Assembly: GCA_048938445.1 (NCBI GenBank)
Contig: JBHLME010000093.1
Span: 1-17,765 of the forward strand
DNA length: 17,765 bases
Direction: 5' to 3'
From: Promethearchaeota archaeon
GTDB taxonomy: Archaea > Asgardarchaeota > Lokiarchaeia > Sigyniarchaeales > SOKP01
The notes beneath the pieces were generated by a model. It was given only the letters and a program-made list of their open reading frames with translations, was not told where the DNA came from and searched no databases. Position 1 is the stretch's first letter. Each line of letters opens with the position of its first letter. Made by a program: the position numbers and the translations under genes. Shown piece after piece: positions 8,846 through 17,519 of this stretch.

Positions 8846-11800
8846 TTAACACTTATTCAAGTTATTTAAATTTTCCTTAGGAGATTTTCTTAGGAGAATT
8901 TTTCTTAGAAGAATGATTCCTATCACTCCCATTATTATTAAGATATCATACCCGGGTATAGATTCTGCTCCTGTATCCTCTTGATTTGTCGTACCAGTCA
9001 CGACATCAGAGAGCTCTCCTTCTTGAAAGGAATCAACTGCAGAAATTTGGTAATTATATGATGTACCTGGTTCGAGTCCCGTGTCATTATAACTCGTGTT
9101 AGGAACAGTAATATTAGCTATATTTACTCCATTACGGTAAAGCATGTATATGATAACGTCAGTATCTAAGCTAGCGTCCCATGAGAGATAAATGCTCGTT
9201 TCAGTCGTGCTTACGATGGTTAATCCAGTTACTTTTGAGGGAGGAGGAATTTCCGATTCAGGTATGATTTCCATCTTCCAGAGGTCGTTTAACCAGTCAT
9301 ATATACCAGTTTCAGCACTTCCATATCCTCCAAACAGCCACAGATTCCCCTCCGCGTCAATACAAGATGTTGGAGCACCTCTCCCCCCGGGATAATTTTT
9401 AACATCGGGAATACCCTTGATCCCATATACGCCATTCGCGTTAGCTGTCTTATTCCCTGCCATCCACGTCCACATTCCAGAAGAAGTATTGTATTTCCAA
9501 ACGTCATTTAAACACACCAGCCCACCAGTTTCAGCATATCCATATCCTCCAAAGAGCCATAGATCCCCATCTGCATCTGACCAAGAGATGGACCTTTCTC
9601 TACTTCCAGGATAATTTGTAGCATCCGGGGTGCCCTTGATCCCATACACCCCATTCAGGTTATAGGTATTATTTCCTGCCATCCATGTCCACACTCCAGA
9701 TGAGATTTCATATCTCCAAAGGTCATTTAAACACCCCACTCCACCAGTTTCAGCATATCCGTATCCTCCAAAAAGCCATAGATCCCCCTCCGTATCAGTC
9801 CAAGAGAAAGGACATTGTCTAGAACTAGGGTAATTGTTGACATCAGGGGTGCCCTTGATCCCATACACTCCATTCAGGTTATAGGTGTTATTTCCTGCAA
9901 TCCATGTCCACACTCCAGATGAGATTTCATATCTCCAGAGGTCGTTTAAATACTTAATTCCTGAATCATAACATCTTCCTCCGAATAACCACAGATTCCC
10001 TTCTACATCAGTCCAAGAGGTAGAACCATATCTACTTCCAGGGTAATTCTGAGCATCAGGCGTACCCTTGATCCCATACACCCCATTCACGCTAGAAGTT
10101 TTATTCCCCGCCATCCACGTCCACATTCCAGAAGAAGTATTGTATTTCCAAACGTCGTTTAAGGACCCACCGATGCCTGTTTCTGCAGATCCACTTCCTC
10201 CAAAGAGCCATAAATTTCCATCTATATCAGTCCAAGAGACAGCCCCAATTCTACTCCCAGGGTAATTATTAATATCAGGGATGCCCTTGATCCCATAGAC
10301 ACCATATACATCAAAAGTCTTATTCCCTGCCATCCATGTCCACAATCCAGAAGACATGTTATATTTCCAGAGATCATTATAGTACCCATTATCGCCTGAT
10401 ACCGTATCTTCACCCCATCCCCCGAACAGCCATAGATTTCCCTCTGCATCCATCCAAGAAGCGGAATCCTCTCTATTCCCAGGGAAAACTGTAACATAAG
10501 AGATTCCCTTGATTCCATATACACCATTCGCACTAGTTGTCTTATTCCCCGCCATCCACGTCCACATTCCAGAAGAAGTATTGTATTTCCAAACGTCGTT
10601 TAAGCTCCCACCATTGCCTGTTTCTGCAGATCCACTTCCTCCAAAGAGCCATAAATCTCCATCTATATCAGTCCAAGAAACAGCCCCAATTCTACTCCCA
10701 GGGTAATTATTGACATCAGGGGTGCCTTTGACACCATAGACACCATATACATCAAAAGTCTTATTCCCTGACATCCATGTCCACACTCCAGAAGAAATAT
10801 TATATCTCCAGAGGTCATTGTAGTACCCATTATCGCCTGATACCGAATCTTCACCCCATCCTCCGAACAGCCATAGATTTCCCTCTGCATCCATCCAAGA
10901 ATCGGAATCCTCTCTATTTCCTGGAAAATTCTCAATATTCGGAATACCTTTAGTACCATAAACGCCACTTACCCCATCTGTCTTATTTCCTGCCATCCAT
11001 GTCCACACTCCAGATGTTATGTTATACTTCCATAGATCATTTAACCAGTTATATATACCAGTTTCAGCACTTCCATATCCTCCAAACAGCCACAGATTCC
11101 CCTCCGCGTCAATACAAGATGTTGGAGCACCTCTCCCCCCGGGATAATTTTTAACATCGGGAATACCCTTGATCCCATATACGCCATTCGCGTTAGCTGT
11201 CTTATTCCCTGCCATCCATGTCCATTCTCCAGATGAGATTTCATATCTCCAGAGGTCATTTAAACACTCCTCCCCACCAGTTTCAGCATATCCATATCCT
11301 CCAAAGAGCCATAGATCCCCATCAGCATCAGTCCAAGAAATGGACCTTAGTCTACTTCCAGGATAATTTTTAGCATCCGGGGTGCCCTTGATACCATATA
11401 CCCCATTTACGTTAGAAGTTTTATTCCCTGCCATCCATGTCCACACTCCAGATGAGATTTCATATCTCCAGAGGTCATTTAAATGCACCACTCCACCAGT
11501 TTCAGCATATCCATATCCTCCAAAGAGCCATAGATCCCCATTCGTATCAGTCCAAGAGAAAGGACTTTGTCTACTTCCAGGATAATTTGTAGCATCCGGA
11601 GTTCCCTTGATACCATACACCCCATTCAGGTTAGAGGTATCATTCCCCGCCATCCATGCCCACACTCCAGATGAGATTTCATATCTCCAGAGGTCGTTTA
11701 AATACTTAATTCCTGAATCATACCATCTTCCTCCGAATACCCACAGGTTCCCTTCTACATCAGTCCAAGAGGTAGAACCATATCTACTTCCAGGGTAATA

Positions 11801-12043
11801 TGGTGCATAATAAGGAGTACCCTTGATACCATACACACCACTTACCAATTGTGTTTTATTCCCCGCCATCCAACCCCATTTAATAATAGAGTTACTCTTT
11901 GAGGTTTTTAAAGAAATTTCATCATTAGAATTTGATTCAATGACTCGTTCGGAACACATTATAGAAAGTGTCGTGCAAAACATAAATATGAATAAAAATA
12001 AAACAAAAAATGACGATATGTTCTTTTTTAATCTTTTTTGCAT
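8846..12043 (-). CDS. Surface kelch-repeat protein (12 blades, double propeller) + FN3 domain + Loki-CTERM-type anchor
   Basis: Signal peptide, then 12 units of ~73 aa (YPGSR..SWTD..G.LWLFGG...LNDLW.Y..SSG.WTWMAGN). An FN3 domain follows (PSKVTGL...IYLSWDA...YNDTGLEPGTSYNYQISAV), then the tail IPGYDILIIMGVIGIILLRKILLRK. Confidence 0.93.
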   Translation of the reverse strand: MQKRLKKNISSFFVLFLFIFMFCTTLSIMCSERVIESNSNDEISLKTSKSNSIIKWGWMAGNKTQLVSGVYGIKGTPYYAPYYPGSRYGSTSWTDVEGNLWVFGGRWYDSGIKYLNDLWRYEISSGVWAWMAGNDTSNLNGVYGIKGTPDATNYPGSRQSPFSWTDTNGDLWLFGGYGYAETGGVVHLNDLWRYEISSGVWTWMAGNKTSNVNGVYGIKGTPDAKNYPGSRLRSISWTDADGDLWLFGGYGYAETGGEECLNDLWRYEISSGEWTWMAGNKTANANGVYGIKGIPDVKNYPGGRGAPTSCIDAEGNLWLFGGYGSAETGIYNWLNDLWKYNITSGVWTWMAGNKTDGVSGVYGTKGIPNIENFPGNREDSDSWMDAEGNLWLFGGWGEDSVSGDNGYYNDLWRYNISSGVWTWMSGNKTFDVYGVYGVKGTPDVNNYPGSRIGAVSWTDIDGDLWLFGGSGSAETGNGGSLNDVWKYNTSSGMWTWMAGNKTTSANGVYGIKGISYVTVFPGNREDSASWMDAEGNLWLFGGWGEDTVSGDNGYYNDLWKYNMSSGLWTWMAGNKTFDVYGVYGIKGIPDINNYPGSRIGAVSWTDIDGNLWLFGGSGSAETGIGGSLNDVWKYNTSSGMWTWMAGNKTSSVNGVYGIKGTPDAQNYPGSRYGSTSWTDVEGNLWLFGGRCYDSGIKYLNDLWRYEISSGVWTWIAGNNTYNLNGVYGIKGTPDVNNYPSSRQCPFSWTDTEGDLWLFGGYGYAETGGVGCLNDLWRYEISSGVWTWMAGNNTYNLNGVYGIKGTPDATNYPGSRERSISWSDADGDLWLFGGYGYAETGGLVCLNDVWKYNTSSGMWTWMAGNKTANANGVYGIKGIPDVKNYPGGRGAPTSCIDAEGNLWLFGGYGSAETGIYDWLNDLWKMEIIPESEIPPPSKVTGLTIVSTTETSIYLSWDASLDTDVIIYMLYRNGVNIANITVPNTSYNDTGLEPGTSYNYQISAVDSFQEGELSDVVTGTTNQEDTGAESIPGYDILIIMGVIGIILLRKILLRKSPKENLNNLNKC
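9270..11880 (-). repeat. Intragenic tandem repeat, 12 units of ~219-222 nt
   Basis: Near-identical DNA at offset 1752 (e.g. 9289 vs 11041, 9949 vs 11701) and offset 441 (10222 vs 10663). Confidence 0.92.
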
Positions 12044-12239
12044 TAAATCTTCGCCATCATTTTATCTTTTTATAATTGAATTAGCCTTACTTTTTAAATT
12101 TTTTCCCAATTTGAGGTCAATGAATTCATGAATCACATCAGCTGGATGACACGACCTTGAATCATTCTGATTTCAATCTTGATAATTTTTTTAGTGAATA
12201 AATTTTCTTAGCGAAATAGTCTAATTCTTTTTTATTCTT

Positions 12240-12280
12240 TACAAATTCTTCAATCTATTTTTCTTTAAATACTTTAAAAT
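12240..12280. repeat. Direct repeat 1, copy B (between the kelch gene and the divergent 93-aa gene)
   Basis: TACAAATTCTTCAATCTATTTTTCTTTAAATACTTTAAAAT is 40/41 identical to 8609-8649. Confidence 0.85.
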
Positions 12281-12370
12281 AATGCATTATCTATCCTAAA
12301 AAAAATCATATTAAACTATGTTTTTTGAAAATTGTTATGAAGGAAGAATGAAACGTGAAAGGGGTGTAGA

Positions 12371-12652
12371 ATGAGTATAAGCGAGCTTTATTCAAAAGGA
12401 TGTATTCAGAAAAAAATTTACTCGAATGGTCAACTCGCGATATATATCAATGATGTCGACGGTCAACCATTCGCGGAGCTCTCCGTATCGAAAGATTGCG
12501 TCTTTCTTGAGCAGGACGAGTTTATTTTAAAAGACTATTCTGAAAATGCCGATCTCGTTGAAAAATTGGCAAATTTAGAAGTAATTGAACTCACTGATAG
12601 GTTTGTCTTGGTCGGATCTCACGTGTGTCCCATTTGTAAAATCTTAATTTGA
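12371..12652 (+). CDS. Small conserved protein, DUF4313-like
   Basis: Pattern YSNGQLAI....GQPFAELSV...L...EF.LKDYSEN..L...L......T.R...G...CP. RBS-like AGGGGTG at 12360-12366. The family label is from memory. Confidence 0.7.
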   Translation: MSISELYSKGCIQKKIYSNGQLAIYINDVDGQPFAELSVSKDCVFLEQDEFILKDYSENADLVEKLANLEVIELTDRFVLVGSHVCPICKILI

Positions 12653-14413
12653 CTGTTTAAATTCTTTTAATGTCTCTAATAGTTTTGTTGATTTTTTCGC
12701 GCTTAATATTAACCTTTTTCGGGAACGTGTCATTCCCACGTATAATAACTGGCGATTCCTTGGAGATGTAAACATATCCACTTCAGGAATGATGATTGTA
12801 TCACATTCCAAACCCTTAGTCCCATGAATCGTTCCTATTACTACACCTGGATCTGAATAATTATGATTCGCTAAAGCCTTCCATTCGATTCCTTGTTGCT
12901 TGAATTGGTCAAATAATGGGTGATCATAACCCCTTTTTTCCATGTTATGCTTGAAGAGTATTAAAATTTCTTGAGGTTTTTTTAAAAGTCTGGCGATTAG
13001 TTCAGCGAGTTGTTCACATTCTTCTCTTTGATTATTAGAAATGATGATTTCAACGATACCATGGGTTCCGATAAATTCTGCTGTGGGAATAAACTCATCA
13101 AATTTGTTTAATAAGTTCTTGATAAATTCAGGCAGGGCGGCTTGAGCCAACATGCCAATTTCTATTGGTGTTCTATAGGATTTATCAAACCGTTTTACCC
13201 GACCTCTTGCTTGAATACCAACGTCAGACCAGTGGAAGCGCTTTCGAGCATAAATTCCCTGTATTCCATCACAAGTAATGAGCAAACAATTCGAATCAGG
13301 ATTTAACGCAAGCGTGATCGCTTGGAACCAATCTTTTTCGAAATCTTGCGCCTCGTCAATTAAAATTGCATCATATAACACTTTTTTATCCCAGAGGTCT
13401 TCCATTGTACTGATTAACATCTTTGGAACAACAGTCTGGAAAAAATCGTCGAGTTTTTGCTCTCTTTCTGCTTTAAGACTTGCTTCTTCATACAAGCGTG
13501 AAAATTCGGAATTTGAACTTAAGATATATTGCCTTGCCCATCCATGGAAAGTACTAATCGTAATGTCTGCCTCATAATCAAGGGGATTTAACAAGTGAAA
13601 GAGTTGTTTCTTGAGCAACTTGTTATAACATAGAATTAAGATTTTCCATTCGGGATGCTTTAATGCTAAATTTCTCGCGCGGGCAATCAACAAAACTGTT
13701 TTTCCACTTCCTGCAACTCCAAATACTAATCGGTGGCCATCCCCGATTTTCCGAGCCATACGTTCTTGCTCTTGATCTAATAATTTTATCATATTTTCAG
13801 CTGTGAAGAATTGTGACAGGTCTGCTTGCTTGCGAGTCGGTAAACGGCTTGTTGGAACGATATTTCCCCGAAGAATCTTGAAATCTTCGTCGCTTAATTT
13901 AAAATTGAGGGGCAATATTTCACTGAGATACTGTTCAAAATTATCATACCTCTTGATAGTTTCTTTATAGCAGGTCTGAATTCGTTTTGGAGCTACGTTT
14001 CTGATTTCTTCTGCGACATTATCTTGTTTTGAAATTTGACTGAAAACAACTAATAAGGTAATTGGAATGTTTATATTGCTCGGAAATTGACAAAAGTTAA
14101 CACGATCCTTCACCGCGCGCCAATAATGATTGATTTGATCATAGGGATTTGTGATGCTTTCATTTATATCATCCCGCAAATATTCCCAATTTCCAGATTT
14201 ACTGATGGTTTTAAGAAATTCAGCGAAATAATCTTTTATTTCCGCGATCAAAATACCAAATTTGGGGGATAATATGAGAAAATCGGGGCGGAGTCCACCG
14301 AGATATGGTTCGACATAACCGATAACGTGTGGATTTTTTTCGGTAAAAATTTTTAAGCGATTGTAGAATGATTTTTCCCCAGGAGTGGCGTTCGGTGGAG
14401 GTTTATTGAGCAT
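12644..14413 (-). CDS. NERD nuclease domain fused to SF1 (UvrD-like) helicase
   Basis: NERD motifs GE...RPDFLIL...GILIAEIKD. Helicase motifs LDQEQ, GVAGSGKT, LCYN, IDEAQD, SYRT, TIHGTKGLE and LYVGMTR. It overlaps the 3' end of the convergent gene by 9 bp. Confidence 0.93.
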   Translation of the reverse strand: MLNKPPPNATPGEKSFYNRLKIFTEKNPHVIGYVEPYLGGLRPDFLILSPKFGILIAEIKDYFAEFLKTISKSGNWEYLRDDINESITNPYDQINHYWRAVKDRVNFCQFPSNINIPITLLVVFSQISKQDNVAEEIRNVAPKRIQTCYKETIKRYDNFEQYLSEILPLNFKLSDEDFKILRGNIVPTSRLPTRKQADLSQFFTAENMIKLLDQEQERMARKIGDGHRLVFGVAGSGKTVLLIARARNLALKHPEWKILILCYNKLLKKQLFHLLNPLDYEADITISTFHGWARQYILSSNSEFSRLYEEASLKAEREQKLDDFFQTVVPKMLISTMEDLWDKKVLYDAILIDEAQDFEKDWFQAITLALNPDSNCLLITCDGIQGIYARKRFHWSDVGIQARGRVKRFDKSYRTPIEIGMLAQAALPEFIKNLLNKFDEFIPTAEFIGTHGIVEIIISNNQREECEQLAELIARLLKKPQEILILFKHNMEKRGYDHPLFDQFKQQGIEWKALANHNYSDPGVVIGTIHGTKGLECDTIIIPEVDMFTSPRNRQLLYVGMTRSRKRLILSAKKSTKLLETLKEFKQSN

Positions 14414-14501
14414 TTTAAAGAAGTGCTAAAAAATTGTAAAATAGCTATTGAAAAATGATTTTACCATAGCTATAAAAAATAGAGTGATATAGAGAGAGAT
14501 A
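14263..14501. repeat. Direct repeat 2, copy A (5' ~150 nt of the NERD-helicase gene plus its upstream region)
   Basis: 14421-14501 matches 17520-17600 at 73/81, including a 34-bp exact core TGAAAAATGATTTTACCATAGCTATAAAAAATAG. 14308-14347 matches 17406-17445 at 33/40. Confidence 0.9.
14409..14427. promoter_or_regulatory. Putative palindromic operator AGCATTT-N5-AAGTGCT overlapping the helicase start codon
   Basis: A 7-5-7 inverted repeat with 1 mismatch. Related copies are at 3793, 17228 and 17508. Confidence 0.45.
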
Positions 14502-14503
14502 AT

Positions 14504-14518
14504 GATACAAATTGTATC
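14504..14518. repeat. Perfect 7-1-7 palindrome GATACAA-A-TTGTATC
   Basis: Read directly from the sequence. It starts 3 bp beyond the end of direct repeat 2 copy A and is absent next to copy B. Confidence 0.6.
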
Positions 14519-14625
14519 TATAAAGAAATCAAATTATAATTAAAATTTAAAAGTCTATTTTCATTGTTAAGAATTGTCTATATTAATTTAATCAAATTTT
14601 TTAGTAATCAATTAAAACTATAATT

Positions 14626-16764
14626 TTATAATTGATTATATAATTTGATGAATTCAGTTTTATCAAATAAATATCCTTCCTTATCTTTAGTTATAATCTC
14701 TTTAATAAATTTCCTTCTCAAAATTCCCGCAACTTGGTATGCATCAGTTTCATATCTTTCAAGCGGTTTGGCATTAGCAATTTCTCGACTTGATAATCTT
14801 TTATTTTGATTATATAAGAATTCTAAAATTGCTAATGTTAATTCCGAATCTGAGATATAATATGTCAAATAATCTTCTAGAATTTTTTCTAATTTTTGTT
14901 TTATATCTTTTTTTTTATTTAATTCTTCCCATTTACTTAAATAATCAGAATATTTAGCACCACAGATTGCTTTCTCTTCTGGTATGAAAATAGTGCATAT
15001 CCAATGATTTGGATCATCTATATTAAAAGATTTTTTTAGTTCTTCAATTTTTTTTTCATGTCCATTATCACACTCAATAGTTTTTTTTTTTTCAAATATA
15101 TTATCTATACTGTACTTTTTAGCTCTACAATCATGCTCATATTTACCTATCCATTTATGCTGCATAAGAAAACCCTGATTCATCCTATATACATATAAAT
15201 TAAGTGGATCTCTACTATCATCATGCTTTGAACTTTTAGTGAATAAAAAATTTATTAGAGAATGACCTTCTACATCTCTTAATTGTAATTTTACATCATC
15301 AGACGTATTTTCTAATGGTATGTGAAAAATACCTTTAGTCTGCTCCATTTTACTTGAAATTTTCATTTGTTCTGTATATTTTTTTATATGATCCCAGATA
15401 TTATAGCTTTCTTGATGAAAAAGCATATTTTTATCTCTATCACTTTTTAACGATCTTTCACATTCATCGAAATATTTAATAGCTGCTTTTATTATATCAT
15501 CAAAATTTATTCTGATAAAATTACTAGTTTCTTTAAATGTTTCATAGATATTATACAATATATATCCTAAATTCCTTACTGATCCAAAAACACATTTGAA
15601 AAGAAAAATTAAAAAATCTGAATTATCGCTACCAACTGAAAATATATTATTGAATTTAAGATATTTATGTTTTTGATCACCAAACAATATTTTATTATAG
15701 TATATGAACTTTTTTTCTAATAGTTCTTCTAAGACTTTAGCTCCTTGTTTCATAATATTTTCATAAGAATAGGTTTGCAAATAATATGATAAATCAATAT
15801 CTTCTATTGATATTTTTACCGATCTAAAAATTTCTGAAGTTAAGAAATTATCTTCAGGATAAACTGCTATTTTAAAAATTATTCCCATTTCTGTTAGAGG
15901 TATAAATAAATGTTCAAAAAATATCTTTTGTATCAATGATGTGTAATCACGGCGACTAGGAACGATATCTGAAAACTCATCTAATAATAGATATATTTTC
16001 ACATTGAAATTTTCTTTTATCTTATGTAGAATATAAAAAACCTCTCTCGAAAGTTCTTTAATAGAATTTGATAATTCATCATCTTTAACTCTAATCATAT
16101 CTTTAATATCATTATAAACTTCCAGTAAATTTTGATTAATTTTTGTATTTAATTTTTCTAATGCCTGTTTATATCTTTTTTGATCCATTTCTTCTTGAGA
16201 TTGAAACATAAATTCTTCATTTAGATCTATATATTTCTGAATAAAAGAAAAATATTTCATTTTCTCATTTAAATCCTCCAATAAATTATCCAATTCATCT
16301 ATTACACCAGATTTATTCTTATTAAACACTCTCCTAAGCTTGTTTATTCTTTTTGATAATTCCCCTTTTATTAAAATAAAAATTTTTAAGTAAAAAGTAA
16401 ATATTAAATGGGATTTTTCAATCCCAGGTATGGCTCTATAAATATCTTTTAAGTCCAAATATATACTTATTTTATTTTTTTCTTTTTCTAATTTATGTTG
16501 AGAATAAATGAAATAAAAAGATTTTCCAGTCCCTCTTCTTCCTTGAAAAAAATAACTTTTATGTTCTAACAACTTTATTAGAACATTATCATTTTCCTCA
16601 TTGAAATCTTTTGAAAATAATGGAACAAATGTATTTAATACAATTTCTCTTAGCTGCTGTTTTATTGGTGTTCTTAAATCTTCAGATAACTTTTCAACAA
16701 ATTTGACAATTTCTATATTTGTAGCTAAAGCTGACTTTGGTATATAATTATTTTTATTTCCCAA
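14626..16764 (-). CDS. P-loop ATPase (ORC/CDC6-/STAND-like) with C-terminal Zn-ribbon-like and winged-helix domains
   Basis: Walker A QGRRGTGKS, IYLDL strand, Walker B IYLLLDEFS, FKIAVYP and GSVRNL. These are followed by CDNGH...WIC...ICG and a wHTH-like LAILEFLYNQNKRLSSREIA...AYQVAGIL. TTG start preceded by AGGAGAG. Visibly lower GC than the helicase gene. Confidence 0.85.
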   Translation of the reverse strand: MGNKNNYIPKSALATNIEIVKFVEKLSEDLRTPIKQQLREIVLNTFVPLFSKDFNEENDNVLIKLLEHKSYFFQGRRGTGKSFYFIYSQHKLEKEKNKISIYLDLKDIYRAIPGIEKSHLIFTFYLKIFILIKGELSKRINKLRRVFNKNKSGVIDELDNLLEDLNEKMKYFSFIQKYIDLNEEFMFQSQEEMDQKRYKQALEKLNTKINQNLLEVYNDIKDMIRVKDDELSNSIKELSREVFYILHKIKENFNVKIYLLLDEFSDIVPSRRDYTSLIQKIFFEHLFIPLTEMGIIFKIAVYPEDNFLTSEIFRSVKISIEDIDLSYYLQTYSYENIMKQGAKVLEELLEKKFIYYNKILFGDQKHKYLKFNNIFSVGSDNSDFLIFLFKCVFGSVRNLGYILYNIYETFKETSNFIRINFDDIIKAAIKYFDECERSLKSDRDKNMLFHQESYNIWDHIKKYTEQMKISSKMEQTKGIFHIPLENTSDDVKLQLRDVEGHSLINFLFTKSSKHDDSRDPLNLYVYRMNQGFLMQHKWIGKYEHDCRAKKYSIDNIFEKKKTIECDNGHEKKIEELKKSFNIDDPNHWICTIFIPEEKAICGAKYSDYLSKWEELNKKKDIKQKLEKILEDYLTYYISDSELTLAILEFLYNQNKRLSSREIANAKPLERYETDAYQVAGILRRKFIKEIITKDKEGYLFDKTEFIKLYNQL

Positions 16765-16778
16765 ATCATAACACTCTC

Positions 16779-17177
16779 CTAACTTATTATTTTAAAAAGG
16801 TTCTCAGTTTCTTCTTCAAAGTTCTTCAGTTTATTTTTATCTAAACTAATTTGAAAATTAAAGAAGAATTCAGAAAGTTTTGATATTGTAATATTCAATT
16901 GCGAAATATTTTTTAATTTAAGGTTATACTTTATTAAAATTAAATTTCTTATACATTTACTAATTGATTTTTTAATATCTTCATCAAGTTGATTCTTTTT
17001 ATTCTTATAAATTTCATAAATATACAATTGAATATTATCCAGAATATCATAATATTTCTTTAGTCTCCTAATTTTATTAGATCTTCTAAATTCCAAAATT
17101 AATACTATAACAGAGATGATGGTAACTAATCCTACTATACAATTAAAAATATTAAAAAAGAATTCAATATCATCCAT
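16779..17177 (-). CDS. Small membrane-anchored protein (N-terminal TM helix + helical basic region)
   Basis: FFFNIFNCIVGLVTIISVIVLILEF is followed by RRSNKIRRLKK. It ends 14 bp before the ATPase start, consistent with an operon. Confidence 0.7.
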   Translation of the reverse strand: MDDIEFFFNIFNCIVGLVTIISVIVLILEFRRSNKIRRLKKYYDILDNIQLYIYEIYKNKKNQLDEDIKKSISKCIRNLILIKYNLKLKNISQLNITISKLSEFFFNFQISLDKNKLKNFEEETENLFKIIS

Positions 17178-17227
17178 AATCCTTCTGTGATTCTTATTTT
17201 TAGTTATAATAGCTAATTTCTTTATTT

Positions 17228-17246
17228 AATACTTGGAAAAAGTGCA
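17228..17246. promoter_or_regulatory. Putative operator AATACTT-N5-AAGTGCA upstream of the TM+ATPase operon
   Basis: Same spacing and half-sites as 14409-14427, lying 51-69 bp upstream of the ATG at 17177. Confidence 0.35.
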
Positions 17247-17359
17247 AATAAAAATTTTTATTATTATACTAACAAAGGGCTAGAATTTAAAGTTTTTAAT
17301 ATAAACTTAATTTTTATTATAATATTAATGATTCTCAAACTTATTTGAAATTAAGAAAG

Positions 17360-17512
17360 GGAGAGGTAATAAGGAAAAATTCAGAGCTAAAATATCCATT
17401 ATTCAGTTTGACAAAACTTATATCGTGTGGATTGTTTTCAGTAAAGTTTTTATCGCAAATTGTTAAACTTCTTTTTGATGGAGGTTATATTAGGTTGTTA
17501 TTTAATAAACTT
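17360..17512 (-). pseudogene. Decayed 5' fragment of a NERD-helicase gene copy
   Basis: Translates as KFIK*QPNITSIKKKFNN / KNFTENNPHDISFVK..., against the intact MLNKPPPNATPGEKSFYN / KIFTEKNPHVIGYVE. The copy has ATG>AAG, an in-frame TAA and a 1-nt frameshift (offset 3099 vs 3098). Confidence 0.8.
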
Positions 17513-17519
17513 TTTATGT

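Noticed and set aside
9270-11880. Kelch repeats as a CRISPR array or a DGR template/variable pair
   Set aside because: The units are in-frame ~220-nt coding repeats with no spacers. Differences are not adenine-specific, and no reverse transcriptase or cas gene is in the window.
9192-12131. Many 63-103-aa ORFs inside the kelch gene (both strands), several starting MIPYTPF
   Set aside because: They are shadow frames repeated by the coding tandem repeat, not a small-gene array.
12105-12180. Possible SECIS element or C/D-box RNA (ATGA...CTGA)
   Set aside because: There is no convincing SECIS helix or box C, and no gene in the window has an in-frame UGA at a Cys-equivalent position.
12044-12240. 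Decayed 5' copy of the TPR gene next to repeat 1 copy B, by analogy with the helicase case
   Set aside because: Only a TTGGGA start-like match and weak AT-rich similarity are present, with no convincing coding homology.
13278-14272. + strand ORFs 13278-13577 and 14087-14272
   Set aside because: They are antisense shadows of the NERD-helicase gene.
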